From positions 8,308,001 through 8,372,000 of the forward strand of contig OZ249443.1 in NCBI GenBank assembly GCA_965235115.1: 64,000 bases of DNA, written 5' to 3'. Below the pieces are notes generated by a model that worked only from the letters and a program-made list of their open reading frames with translations, did no database searches and was not told the origin of the DNA. A program made the translations under genes and the position numbers. This DNA comes from Laetmonice hystrix (Eukaryota). Shown piece by piece: positions 45,065 to 55,965 of this stretch; position 1 is the first letter of the stretch; each line of letters opens with the position of its first letter.

Positions 45065-45216
45065 TCCGGCGACACTAACCCGGTCATCACATCATATCAT
45101 TCGGATTAATCCACGATATCAATTTGATTGTCATCACACTGTGCTGATTTAGAAACACACTCCATGCAGTCCGGCGTGTTTTGGTGGCGATGTGTTTGAC
45201 TTGTTGAGAGGTTCAC
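45065..45216 (-). CDS. Candidate start-codon exon of the MyTH4-FERM gene (ATG 45087, MTGLVSP-E)
   Basis: GTAAGT donor at 45064; the phase-2 end matches 42420; in-frame TGA 4 codons upstream of the ATG. Confidence 0.35.
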
Positions 45217-45925
45217 CTGGTAAGGTCGTATCATAAGACGGATGGTATTGGCAGACAGGGATGATGTCAGGCAGGGGCTAGTGTCGGCACCTAACGGTAG
45301 GGGAGCAGTCTTCTGTCGTCTCTGGGTCGTGACTGGCAGACGGTGATGTGTACTGAAGGGGGGGGGGGCGGTATTAGCCGCTATATCGGGGTTATTTCAC
45401 GGATAGGTAGTCAACAGTGAAACTGCGGGCAGTAATACTGAATGTGACGGTTACTGAAGGTTTTTCTGGTCGCTATGTGGCAGCCAGAGCGAGTTTTCTC
45501 ACAGTGTCTTCAGTTTATTTTCACTCTATACGTTATAGGTCAGGGACGGTGAGAGAGTCGACTGAGAAAGTTTTTTAGTGGTCTGGTAGAACGTGTTTTT
45601 CGCACTGAAGATGGTTTTAGTTGTCGACATCATACGAGTCGCTCACCATAGCAGAGTCAATAGCCATTAAAGGTGTCGCGGGATATTATATTGATGTATA
45701 TGGAAGACATTATGGGTAGGCCTATAGTACTGGTATAACTAATAGCTCTGGTTTAGGGAATGATAAATCTAATCCACGCGGACAACAATTCTCATGTAAT
45801 AACCAGCATAACCTCAGGAATCCGGCCTGACGTCAACTTGTTTACTTCTCAATATTGCCATAATAAGCACCACTTAAAGGGACTGGGTCACGACATGAAT
45901 TCATCAAGTTCCTGTGAACCCATTA

Positions 45926-46083
45926 CAGGGGTGTAGCCAGGGGGCGAAGGGCCCTCCCCCCCCACTACCACCAACCAAACGTACCCCAGAAAAGATTGAA
46001 CTTTCATTATACAAACACCAATAGGTGTTTACAAAGTGTGCCACTGGTGCCCCCCCCCCCAGACAATCCTGGCTATACCCCTG
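45926..46083. mobile_element. TA-flanked MITE, 158 bp
   Basis: TA|CAGGGGTGTAGCCAGG ... CCTGGCTATACCCCTG|TA (15/16 inverted match). Confidence 0.75.
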
Positions 46084-46350
46084 TATTATGGATGTCTGGT
46101 CAGCAATGGTAGCGCCTGTCAACCCAACCGAGACGGTAGCCAGTGTTATACTGCACCTTTCTCCTCTAGATGTCGCCACATACTCTAATCTTGGGAATCT
46201 TGGCGAAATGAGTATTTTAGATAATAAATCCGACTTCATATTTATTTTTAAAAAGATAAAAAAAGAATGGGTTATTTACTGACCAGCCTGTGTGTATATC
46301 TGGAAGTTTGACCAGCTAGTTTCATGGTGTATATAATCCACAACGCTCAC

Positions 46351-46432
46351 CGTCCTGGTCAGCTGCTGCAGGCAGTGGCAGAACGAACTGATAATTCACC
46401 AAGGCAGCGCCACCAGTCTATATGTGGTATTC
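46351..46432 (-). other. Candidate non-coding 5' exon
   Basis: TTTAG acceptor, ACG|GTGAGC donor; stops in all three frames. Confidence 0.3.
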
Positions 46433-46993
46433 CTAAAGCATAACTCATTGGGAAATACATCTGTTTGAATTACGTAGGAGGGGGGGGGTAAAACATTTTA
46501 TTCTATCGGCAGGTATGTTGAGTACAATGGACGTCAATGTCAATCATGTAACTATCAAACACACCAAAGATCTAATCTGTTAGGCCTATGTAATAACGTG
46601 ACATAAATCTGTGATCATGACCACAGAAGTACTAACACCATCTGTCAGTGTACATTAGATTCCTCATTAAACACGGCATCCACACAGCCGAATTATGTGA
46701 ACAAGCTCATTTCGTACAGTCATCTCCATAGTGGATCTGGCAGTCGTTTAGAGAATGGCTGGTCGGTTGAGATTAGGTTCCTCATCCCCGCCAACATTAA
46801 ACGATTCGGCAGTGGCAGCGCCAGCCAGCTCCTCTGTACGGCCGAGTGTCAGGGCACTCATTGCTTTGTTGATGTCGGACACCAGATCTATATTCTGACA
46901 CTTTCGGACGTGTCGTGATCATGCTGGAGGACTGAAGGCGGTCTATGTGTGTATTGAACCTTGATTTCGTATAGAGGCACGCCCCCTGATACC

Positions 46994-47683
46994 CTCCCGC
47001 TGTATCTGATACCCGTTCTGTATCACAGGGTCTGAGGATTCACACCTTGACCCTACTCGCGGGGGGGGGGGGTGGGGTACTCCCGCTGTATCTGATACCC
47101 GTTCTGTATCTCAGGGTCTGAGGATTCACACGTTGACCCTACTCGCGGGGGGATACTCCTGCTGTATCTAATACACATTCAGTATCACAGGGTCTGAGGA
47201 TTCACACGTTGACCCTACTCGCGGGGGGGGGTACTCCCGCTGTATCTGATACCCGTTCTGTATCTCAGGGTCTGAGGATTCACACGTTGACCCTACTCGC
47301 GGGGGGATACTCCTGCTGTATCTAATACACATTCAGTATCACAGGGTCTGAGGATTCACACGTTGACCCTACTCGCGGGGGGGGGGGGGGGGGGAGGTAC
47401 TCCTGCTGTATCTGATACCCATTCCGTATCACAGGGTCGGAGGATTCACACGTTGACCCTACTCGCGGGGGGGGGGAGGTACTCCTGCTGTATCTGATAC
47501 CCATTCAGTATCACAGGGTCTGAGGATTCACACGTTGACCCTACTCGCGGGGGGGGGGGAGTACTCCTGCTGTATCTGATACCCATTCAGTATCACGGGG
47601 TCTGAGGATTCACACGTTGACCCTACTCGAGGGGGGGGGGTACTCCCGCTGTATCTGATACCCATTCAGTATCACGGGGTCAG
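46994..47683. repeat. About 70-85-bp minisatellite with a variable poly-G tract, about 9 copies
   Basis: Unit TACTCC(C/T)GCTGTATCTGATACCC...GATTCACACGTTGACCCTACTCGC(G)n. Confidence 0.95.
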
Positions 47684-49300
47684 ACATGTCTATAAAATCA
47701 TTTTTCAAGAAGCCCAGATAGGCCTATGAAATTTTAAATATGCCATCACAAAAATGTCTAGCTTCTAGACTTTATATGTTAAGCCATTCCAGCTGTGCCT
47801 ATGTGCACAAAGACTGCCTGGTCAAGATGGACATGAAAATGATAGGCGTTTATCTGTATTTTGGAAGATTTACATGTTTAAATAAATTCCGATAAAAATG
47901 TGTATATATATTTAGATATTTTTTTCTATTTTTTCTATAGACATATTAAGTGGAATTTTGAGACCTTCTCAATTCACAGAAATTCAACAGATCACTCCAT
48001 ATTCCTAAACCTTTCATGGAGTATGCTCCATACATAGTAGACCTATTTCAGACCTTATTTCAGACCTCTTTCACGACGCACCCCTGCAAATATCACAATA
48101 CAAAGTCGGGCAAGTTACAGCACTGCCTCGCCCACCTTCAAAAGAAACTAACGCCCATGCCATTATCGGGAGAAAGCCCATGAACAAATGTAAACTCTAT
48201 GAGGGTTTGATATCAAATGTCACAGTTTGACTTTACATCAGACGGCCTTTAAAGAAAATAAATGGTTGAAAATTGTTGCGATGCTGACTGTCGTTTGATC
48301 TTTACCATTGGAGAAAAAATATCAAGCGAAATATGGCCTAAAGCCCGCGATACACCAGTTTGCGATTTGATTGCAATTCAAAGACTTAAAGGGAGGACTT
48401 AAAGGGAGGAACTCGAACGTGATGTTAGACTTTGAAAAGTTTAACTTCCTTCGTGGCTAATATAGTTTAAAGTGATACAGCTCTAAAAATCCCACCCATA
48501 AAATTCTCTTCCTTGAACTGCGTTTGAAGGACTTCAATCCTGCTCACTGATGTAGTGTACAACTCAAACTGTTTGTAAAACTGACGTTAAAAGTCTGATT
48601 TCTCATGTGAAAAAATAGTTTTCCCCCTTTTGTTTTTGTTTATCAAAAGACATTTGCTAAGAACTACTCCACAAAAGTAGCAAACGAAACTTATTTCCCG
48701 ACTGCAGACAATGAAGCAATTTATTGCCATTGCATGTGGGCGCCCTGTTCCTCTCACACCTGCTGTTCATGCTACTAATTATCAGCGATGAGTGGCGAAA
48801 GATTCTCTTGCCAAATCAATTACCAAGGAAACTTTGGCGGGCACCGCCGACATATGAAGGACTGACTGGTTTACTGTCGACTCAGCCCGGGTGGTGGCGC
48901 CACTGTCCTACGGGCGGTAGGTGTGTGATAGACAGGGTAGAGGGCACGGGGTGGCGGGGTTAGGATAGGGGGTGACCAGAACAGGTTCGCATGGCAGGGG
49001 AACACAATGCAGAATCCACTATGCGATTTTCCTGGCGATTTCCTGAACACACACAAATCCTATTTGTCACACGGGGAGGGGGGTCTAAAGTCATATAGAG
49101 CATCGATCTCCTATACCTACCTGGGGGAATAGCCATTTGTACTTGGAGGAATAATGGTGGTTGGCATGACAACTTGGCCGATATGTGGCGCTTCCCTTTC
49201 CGTGGTAGTCGTATTACTCAAACATAGATTGAAAATCATGAATAAGAATAATGTCACTGAATTCAATATTATACCATAGCATGTCGCAGTGATAAACATA

Positions 49301-51183
49301 AACGCATGTAATCCCTCCTCAGGCTCTCCATTGAAGGTAGAACTAATGGCTGCGTCTACTCCCAAAAGAAATGAACATATGCTTCATGTTTGAACAGCCA
49401 CCAATGTTACATGCCTGTCGATGCGTTGATAATGGACTTTTTCTCTATTTCTCTCCAAGATACATGATCTGTAGACCTGCATGTCCTACAAAACACGTCA
49501 TACGGTAAAGGATAAAAAACCTAACAATATTGTAGCTGGTGGTGGAATAAAACATATCGTGGTTGAAGCCTGGTTTCGTTTTACTCTATCTTTTCCAATA
49601 CAAGTTCCTTTTTAGCATCATCCTCAGTTTTCAAAACGTAAACCAGCAACTATAGCGCAGTACTTACCAACGCCGTCTATCGTTAGGGGTTCTCGCATAC
49701 CCACCGACAGGTCTGCATACATGGACATTCCTACAGTAACATATCAACACCCATAGCCCTGTATCTATACATCACAGGCCGACCACATGATGGATAGTGT
49801 TGACCAGATTGTACGAGGACGCCATCTCTAGACGCCGTCCCTGTTTAATGTATATTGCTCACGCCACCGTACCATCCATCCCGTCATATTGTCTCAATCC
49901 TTCAGCAGTCCGAGTAATTAGCCCGGAGTCGCTGAGATTTCACTCGAGCCGAGGTACATGCTCGCACCTGCTGCCGATGTAATTGCCTAATTGCCTTATA
50001 CCGTCTCAAGGATAAACGGATAATTATAAACGTCCCAAAGAATACGTTTTTACATGACCGAAGGGGGTCCGGGAAGGGAGTATATTGGTCTAAAATGAAT
50101 CGAGTGAGAAAAAAAATCCATTCGGAAAAAAGAAACATTATTGGTGGTGGAATAAAATTGATGAGGTTTGACATAGTAGGGACTGGACCCTTTGGGACAA
50201 CTCCTGACATCACTTGATTATTAAAGATAATAGCCCTAACCATCGTTCTTTTCAAATTGTTGCCTTGAAACCTTCGCTGCTTTTCGAGCGCTACGATTTT
50301 CTCGCATTTGTGAGTTGAGAGGATGAAATCTGATTTACCATTTAGGGCCAACAGGGTCGAATCGATCCATAACTGTACAGCCAAGTGGACTCGCATCAAT
50401 TTAAAATAAAGAGTGACTCCATCTTCCAGTTTATATTAGATAGGATACGAACCAGTTTATTTGCAACCTAAACGGTTGGATTACGTATACAAAAGGTTTA
50501 CATGTTTGCGTCCTACCCTCAAAATCCCACCGGGAGCGCCAGCTTTATCCTTTAATCGGATAATCGCAGGGATATCCAAGTTCTCGCGTTCCGGAGAATC
50601 AGGGACTTTAACAAGGCCTTTCTGGTATCACAATACTGATACCGATAGCGAGTTGTTATTGACGCCGCAATGCCAGCTAGCAATTCGAACAGGGAAGGGG
50701 CAGAGGTAGTTATAGAGGACATGGGAATGCATAAACATATCGAACTTAGTCCTCATATCAAATGCGTCGCCATATGTCTCTTGTATACAGGGGATATTGT
50801 TAGAATATTCCTGGGAATATACATCTCCTGTCCTAAACTATACGGTAAGTCGAACCCAAGCTTCAGATCAGGTCCACCATGAGGGGCAGATTAGGTTTAT
50901 AGTATTCTCTCATAGCATCGAAATCTGGATAAATCTACAGTATTGTTAGGACGTTTATCCTTTACCGTATGACGTGTTTTGTAGGACATACAGATCTACA
51001 GATCATGTATCTATTACTTGGAGTGAAATAGAGAAAAAGTCCATTATCAACGCATCGACAGGCATGTAAAATTGGTGGCTGTTCAAACATGAAGCATACT
51101 TGACGCTGTGTTCATTTCTTTTGGGAGTAGACGCAGCCATTAGTTTTACCTTCAAAGGAGAGCCCGAGGAGGGATTACATGCG
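49301..51183. repeat. Inverted duplication of about 235 bp (49301-49529 versus 50940-51183)
   Basis: Same sequence in opposite orientation with scattered substitutions and two indels; both arms encode GVDAAIS.TF.GEPEEGLHA. Confidence 0.93.
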
Positions 51184-51400
51184 TCTGAATTTCCAAATTG
51201 TTTAACATCCGAAAGGCAACGTTTCTCCAAATGTGGCAATCTATGCTGGAAAACACTCAGAGAACATCAAAGATTTCCCGGGAACGACAGGCGCCAGGTA
51301 TTTTTGGTAGGTCGAATAGTGCAACATATTTTGCCATAATACAAATAGAAAGAAATTATGGGTTAGTACTTTCTACATGACCCCCATCGCTTTCGATGAA
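49902..51400 (-). pseudogene. Decayed ORF of unknown identity downstream of the L-like fragment
   Basis: One frame from 50783 to 49902 (about 293 codons) has only 4 internal stops; protein-like frames continue upstream with frameshifts. Confidence 0.6.
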
Positions 51401-52249
51401 TTTCTGTCAACCTATAGCTGCATGTCTAGGGAGTAAGTTTGGTTATTACTTGTTTGGGAGTAGATTGTTGACTATACTTGCTGGATGCGGGCTCTTAGGT
51501 CTGGATATGAGCTGCATGGTTGTGTAATAAAAACTTTACCTTTCGCCGTTGGCGCCGTAGACCTACTCAATTCTGTTTTTCCATTTCATTTCATGACATA
51601 ACTATACATTTCCATGAGAAGGGGATTGGTACACTTGTTACGGTACAGAATGATTTTGAACTCTTTCAGAAAAAAATAGGAAATGCTCATCATCGGTGGT
51701 AACAATTGCACACTCAAGGTGTTATTTGAAAGAGGCCATCTTACATATGGTTTCAAGATATTCTCTAGCTTTAACATATTATTTATTTAACATATTAACA
51801 TATTATTTCAATATTATATCTAGTGTTCCTCTTTCTATTCCTCTTTGATACACCCGATAAAGATAGACCTACTCCGTCCCACACTATAGGCTGTAAGTGA
51901 CACTTTAATTTGAAGTAACTAATTGCCTGTTTCATTTCATTTATACGTAAATCACAATGTTAACAATGATGCCATTTTCTGTTGGCGTTCGTCCACAGAA
52001 GATAAAAAGTCACACCCTCGTTCATTATGCGCCATCTCATCTCATTTCTTTCATTCCATTATTATTAAATCTTTCCAGGCTACTCAGAACGCAAACACCT
52101 CATAGGGCAATTAGATACGTAATTACATTAACATTCACCATGACTTAATATGACGAGTTCATTTTCTCGGCTTAAAAGTACCGGACCTGTACACTGTAGA
52201 GGGCCGCCCGTCCAGAGAAAATGTCAGTGTCTCATGTCGGTAACGATAA

Positions 52250-54470
52250 GTTGGTGACCTTCTATTTTGCCCAGTCTTCATAACCTCATGACCTGGCATT
52301 TAAATGTGTATGGTTTAAGCCGCCATTCCTTTACCACCGGAACAGGTGTTGGCCGAACCAATGGCCGTAGTTTCATGTTAATCCCCTGAAGATGTAATTT
52401 AGTGTAGGTCCAATATGTCCCGGATGAGCTTTAGTCGAGCATATGTACGTCAAACCAGCTCATCCCTTGACATGTGGCTTCGACAGGCCAGGGCAAAGTA
52501 CTATAGAGTATCAGAGGCTCTAGATGTCCATAGAAAACTCAGCGACGCGATTCACCCCGTCTTGTCGCTCTGTCGAGTTTGGCCAGTTACAGTCGCGTCA
52601 CAATATATAAAATCTGTTTAATATGATTAATCTTGACTGTGGTAAGTTGTTCCCGGTAATTTGAGACGGCTGAACACAATTCAATGACTTCCATTCTCCG
52701 CACAACTGTTATACCATACTTTAAAGGTCACACAACTTACCCAGTCTGTACTTTCTTACAAGAAAAAATCAGAATTACAAAATTATGTCAGACCCTACAA
52801 GCAATTTAAAGTATCTAGTTCTTTGTATAACACTCCGCTTTAAAAAAAAACGAATACGGGATCATGACTTTGAAAGAATGTTACTCAGTTTGTTCTTTCC
52901 CTTGTTCTATACCATTCCGCCAGTTTATATTTTTCATTACTAAGAGAGCACCAACCATTTTAAAGAGATCTGTTAAAGGCGCCTGTCCTTGATTTCTTAT
53001 TTAGTACATGCAGTATTATAGCAGTGATCGGGATATTATAGATCTGTGGTTGGTCCACCGCCTGTAATGTTTGTACAAGGAACTACGAGAAGGGCAACTA
53101 CTGTTTACCGGCCTAAAGCCACTGGCTTCAAGATTTACACACCTGCATATTTAGTGGCGCTGGTTGTAACTAAGAGACCTAGCCATCGGCACGGGTGGTA
53201 CCAAGAATCTACCTCGGGGGTGGGGATAGAGGGTTGGGTAGAGCTAGGGGTACAATCTGATATAGCAACGCCATGTTGTCGCTACCGACAAATATGAACG
53301 CCAAAGGCGCATTAATGTGGTTAACAGCGCCACTCTCCGGCTGAGGACTACACTAACACAATGTCTGAGGGACCGGCCATTTCATCCCTATAACTCAGAT
53401 GTGTGTACAATATAAATAATTGGTTTACCTAGCCAAGCCCTTCTCCCGGCGCCATCGCTCGCTAAGAATGCTATCAGAAATATGGTTCAACGATGTTGGC
53501 ATATAAATACGTGGAGTGGCCCCAAAGTGTCATGCCTCATCATGAAACATGCAGGCATGGACCGCAGGCAGGCGTGCTCCTGCTGCTTGCGTGTCCTCAG
53601 CTGATTTTATTAGGAGGTCCTTAGAATGTGTACGCCCACATAATGCACAGAAAGTATTATTCTAGAGCAGAAAGGCTTTCTCCCGAGGTGGTCCTGCAGC
53701 TCCCCACCCACCAAGGAAAACATACACTTTATGAAACAACTGGCTGGCAGCACAAAACCTTTTATGTGTCACATTTAACTTGGAAGTCACACAATATTTT
53801 TACATCCTATGCCTCAGTGGCGTTGGCAGGATTTCCGGGATTCATTTCCTTTTTTCGGCATGCCGGGAAATGTTGATGGTAACCAAGACAATAACAGTGG
53901 CTTGGTNNNNNNNNNNNNNNNNNNNNNNNNNNNNNNNNNNNNNNNNNNNNNNNNNNNNNNNNNNNNNNNNNNNNNNNNNNNNNNNNNNNNNNNNNNNNNN
54001 NNNNNNNNNNNNNNNNNNNNNNNNNNNNNNNNNNNNNNNNNNNNNNNNNNNNNNNNNNTTGTAAATAAACAATGAGTAATTTGTTAAAACCTCAGCGCAT
54101 GCCTTGATGCCCTTGCCGTGAGACTGAGGGGCCGAGAAGAGACAGTAGTTAGATACACATCAATCACAACCAGAGAGATTACCTAATTTAAATCGTTACC
54201 AATCTATCACTACATGACGCTGGTGTACACCCATTCCCCTATACCCCACTACCGCTCTGTGATTATCGTCAGGAGGATTATCCTCGATCCTGAGACACCC
54301 CCCAGTCACGTTCTGGAAGGATAAAACTGTGAGCCGGGTAGAGATAAGAGGGATTGAGAAGGGGTACAGAAGGTACAGCTGTATGGTCACATCGGCATGG
54401 TCGTGTTCATTATCTTCTCGATACGTAAGCCCCACTCAGTAACGTATTTTATAGTTTACGATTGCAGGAA
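52250..54470 (-). pseudogene. Putative endogenous negative-strand RNA virus L-protein fragment (capping/connector/methyltransferase region), decayed
   Basis: HPCRWLGLLVTTSATKY (53197-53147) resembles the first-Lys motif of mononegaviral L methyltransferases. DFIYCDA (52614-52594) resembles the catalytic-Asp motif. Several stops and frameshifts. Recognised from memory, not by search. Confidence 0.55.
53907..54058. other. Assembly gap (152 N)
   Basis: Run of N. Confidence 1.
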
Positions 54471-54850
54471 AGCTCAATGGACCATATGTGAACAGAAACA
54501 AAATAATGAAGTAATGACGACTTAAGTCAATAAAGGGAGAAATATGAAGAATATAATAGAGTTTTAATGAACCAGCCTCTCTCTCTCTATCGCAGAAGGT
54601 ATTTTTTCCTATATTCCTATACGTCAGAGCGTTTTTCAGCGGATTCTACATGGATTGTAATTATCCCCTATAAATGAAAACGTTAAATAACATTGGCATC
54701 TCTAACAGATAACCTGCACCATACGTATTGTATTTTCATGTCTCTGCGCCTTTGGTGTCCTCTAATTTCCTTTTTGGAAGGTATCGAATGACACATTAAA
54801 GTGAAAACATGTATATTCTCGGCGAGTGCTACCATGCTGCATGCCTTTAA

Positions 54851-55446
54851 AGCCCGCCGCGGACGACGACATTTTTGCGCGAACATTTGTTCCCGAACAA
54901 AAATCCGCTCATGTGCGCTGATGGAAACGCCGAACGAACAGATGTTCGTCGGTATTCGACATGTTTAATATTTCCGAACAAATGTTCGTCGTCTGCGGTA
55001 AACCACGAATTTCTGTTAAACATCTGCATGTCGAATACCGACGAACAATTATTGTTCGCGAACAATAATTGTCTGAGCGGATTTTTGTTCGCGAATATGT
55101 TCGTCGTGTGCGGCGGCCTTAAACGTGCATGTTGAATACCGACGAACAATCGTGCGCGAACAATAATTGTCCGAGCGGATTTTTGTTCGCGAACAAATGT
55201 TCGTGAACATGTTCGTTCGCGAACAAATGTTCGTCGGTATTCGACGTGCAGATGTTTAATTCGTGATTTACCGCAGACGATGAACGTTCGGAACATTTGT
55301 TCGGAAATATTCAACATGTCGAATTCCGACGAACAATTGTTCGCGAACAATTATTGTTCGGCGTTTTGATCACCGCATGCACACGAGCGGACTTTTGTTC
55401 GTGAACAAAATGTTCGCGAACAATTGTTCGTCGTCTGCGGCGGGCT
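54851..55446. mobile_element. Non-autonomous DNA transposon, 596 bp, with internal palindromic repeats (Kolobok-like termini)
   Basis: Terminal inverted repeats AGCCCGCCGC(G/A)GACGACGA, 18/19 match; TTAA on the left flank, TATG on the right; many TGTTCGCGAACA-type palindromes inside. Confidence 0.75.
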
Positions 55447-55839
55447 TATGTTCCGTACTGATGGGTAATAGCAGCTGTATGTCGGTGCACGTGCAGTCGT
55501 GAACTGACCACGTTGATACGAAACGTGACCGGTCTCACAGACCACGTACAACCCGGGAAGGAGACGGGGTTGTCGTGTAGAACTTCTTCTCCAGTTTCCG
55601 CAGCGCGCATGATAGTCCATGATTTCACGGGGACGTGGCCAGACAGAGCAGAACTTTCGGAACGGGGGGGGGGGGTGCAGAATATATGAACAGATTTTTA
55701 ATTTTTTCTAATTTTAATGAGAATAATGATAACCTGGGTTGAAATGGGAGCGTTTTCTGTTGCTGGTATTGCTTGTTTCTTTCTTCCGGCTATAACGTTC
55801 ACTTTCCCAGCTCACTGCAACAATGGAAAGATTTGGGGT

Positions 55840-55965
55840 TAGGTTTATCGTCTCAGCAACAGCCAGGGTCTTATAGAGGCGGTCAGTTTTCTACTGATGG
55901 AGGAAAACCGGAGGACCCGGAGCAATCGCAAACCTTGCAGCAAGTAACTGACAAACCTTCTCGTC
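55840..55965 (+). mobile_element. SINE/MITE body fragment (related copy at about 17500-17575)
   Basis: Shared GGTCAGTTT...GAAAACCGGAG(G/T)ACC...GCAGCAAGT core at both sites. Confidence 0.55.

Noticed and set aside
46750-46900. Protein-like minus frame (DLVSDINKAMSALTLGRTEELAGAA...)
   Set aside because: Short, closed by stops at both ends, with no family match and no partner exon.
53780-54075. ORFs containing long X runs
   Set aside because: Artefacts of the assembly gap.
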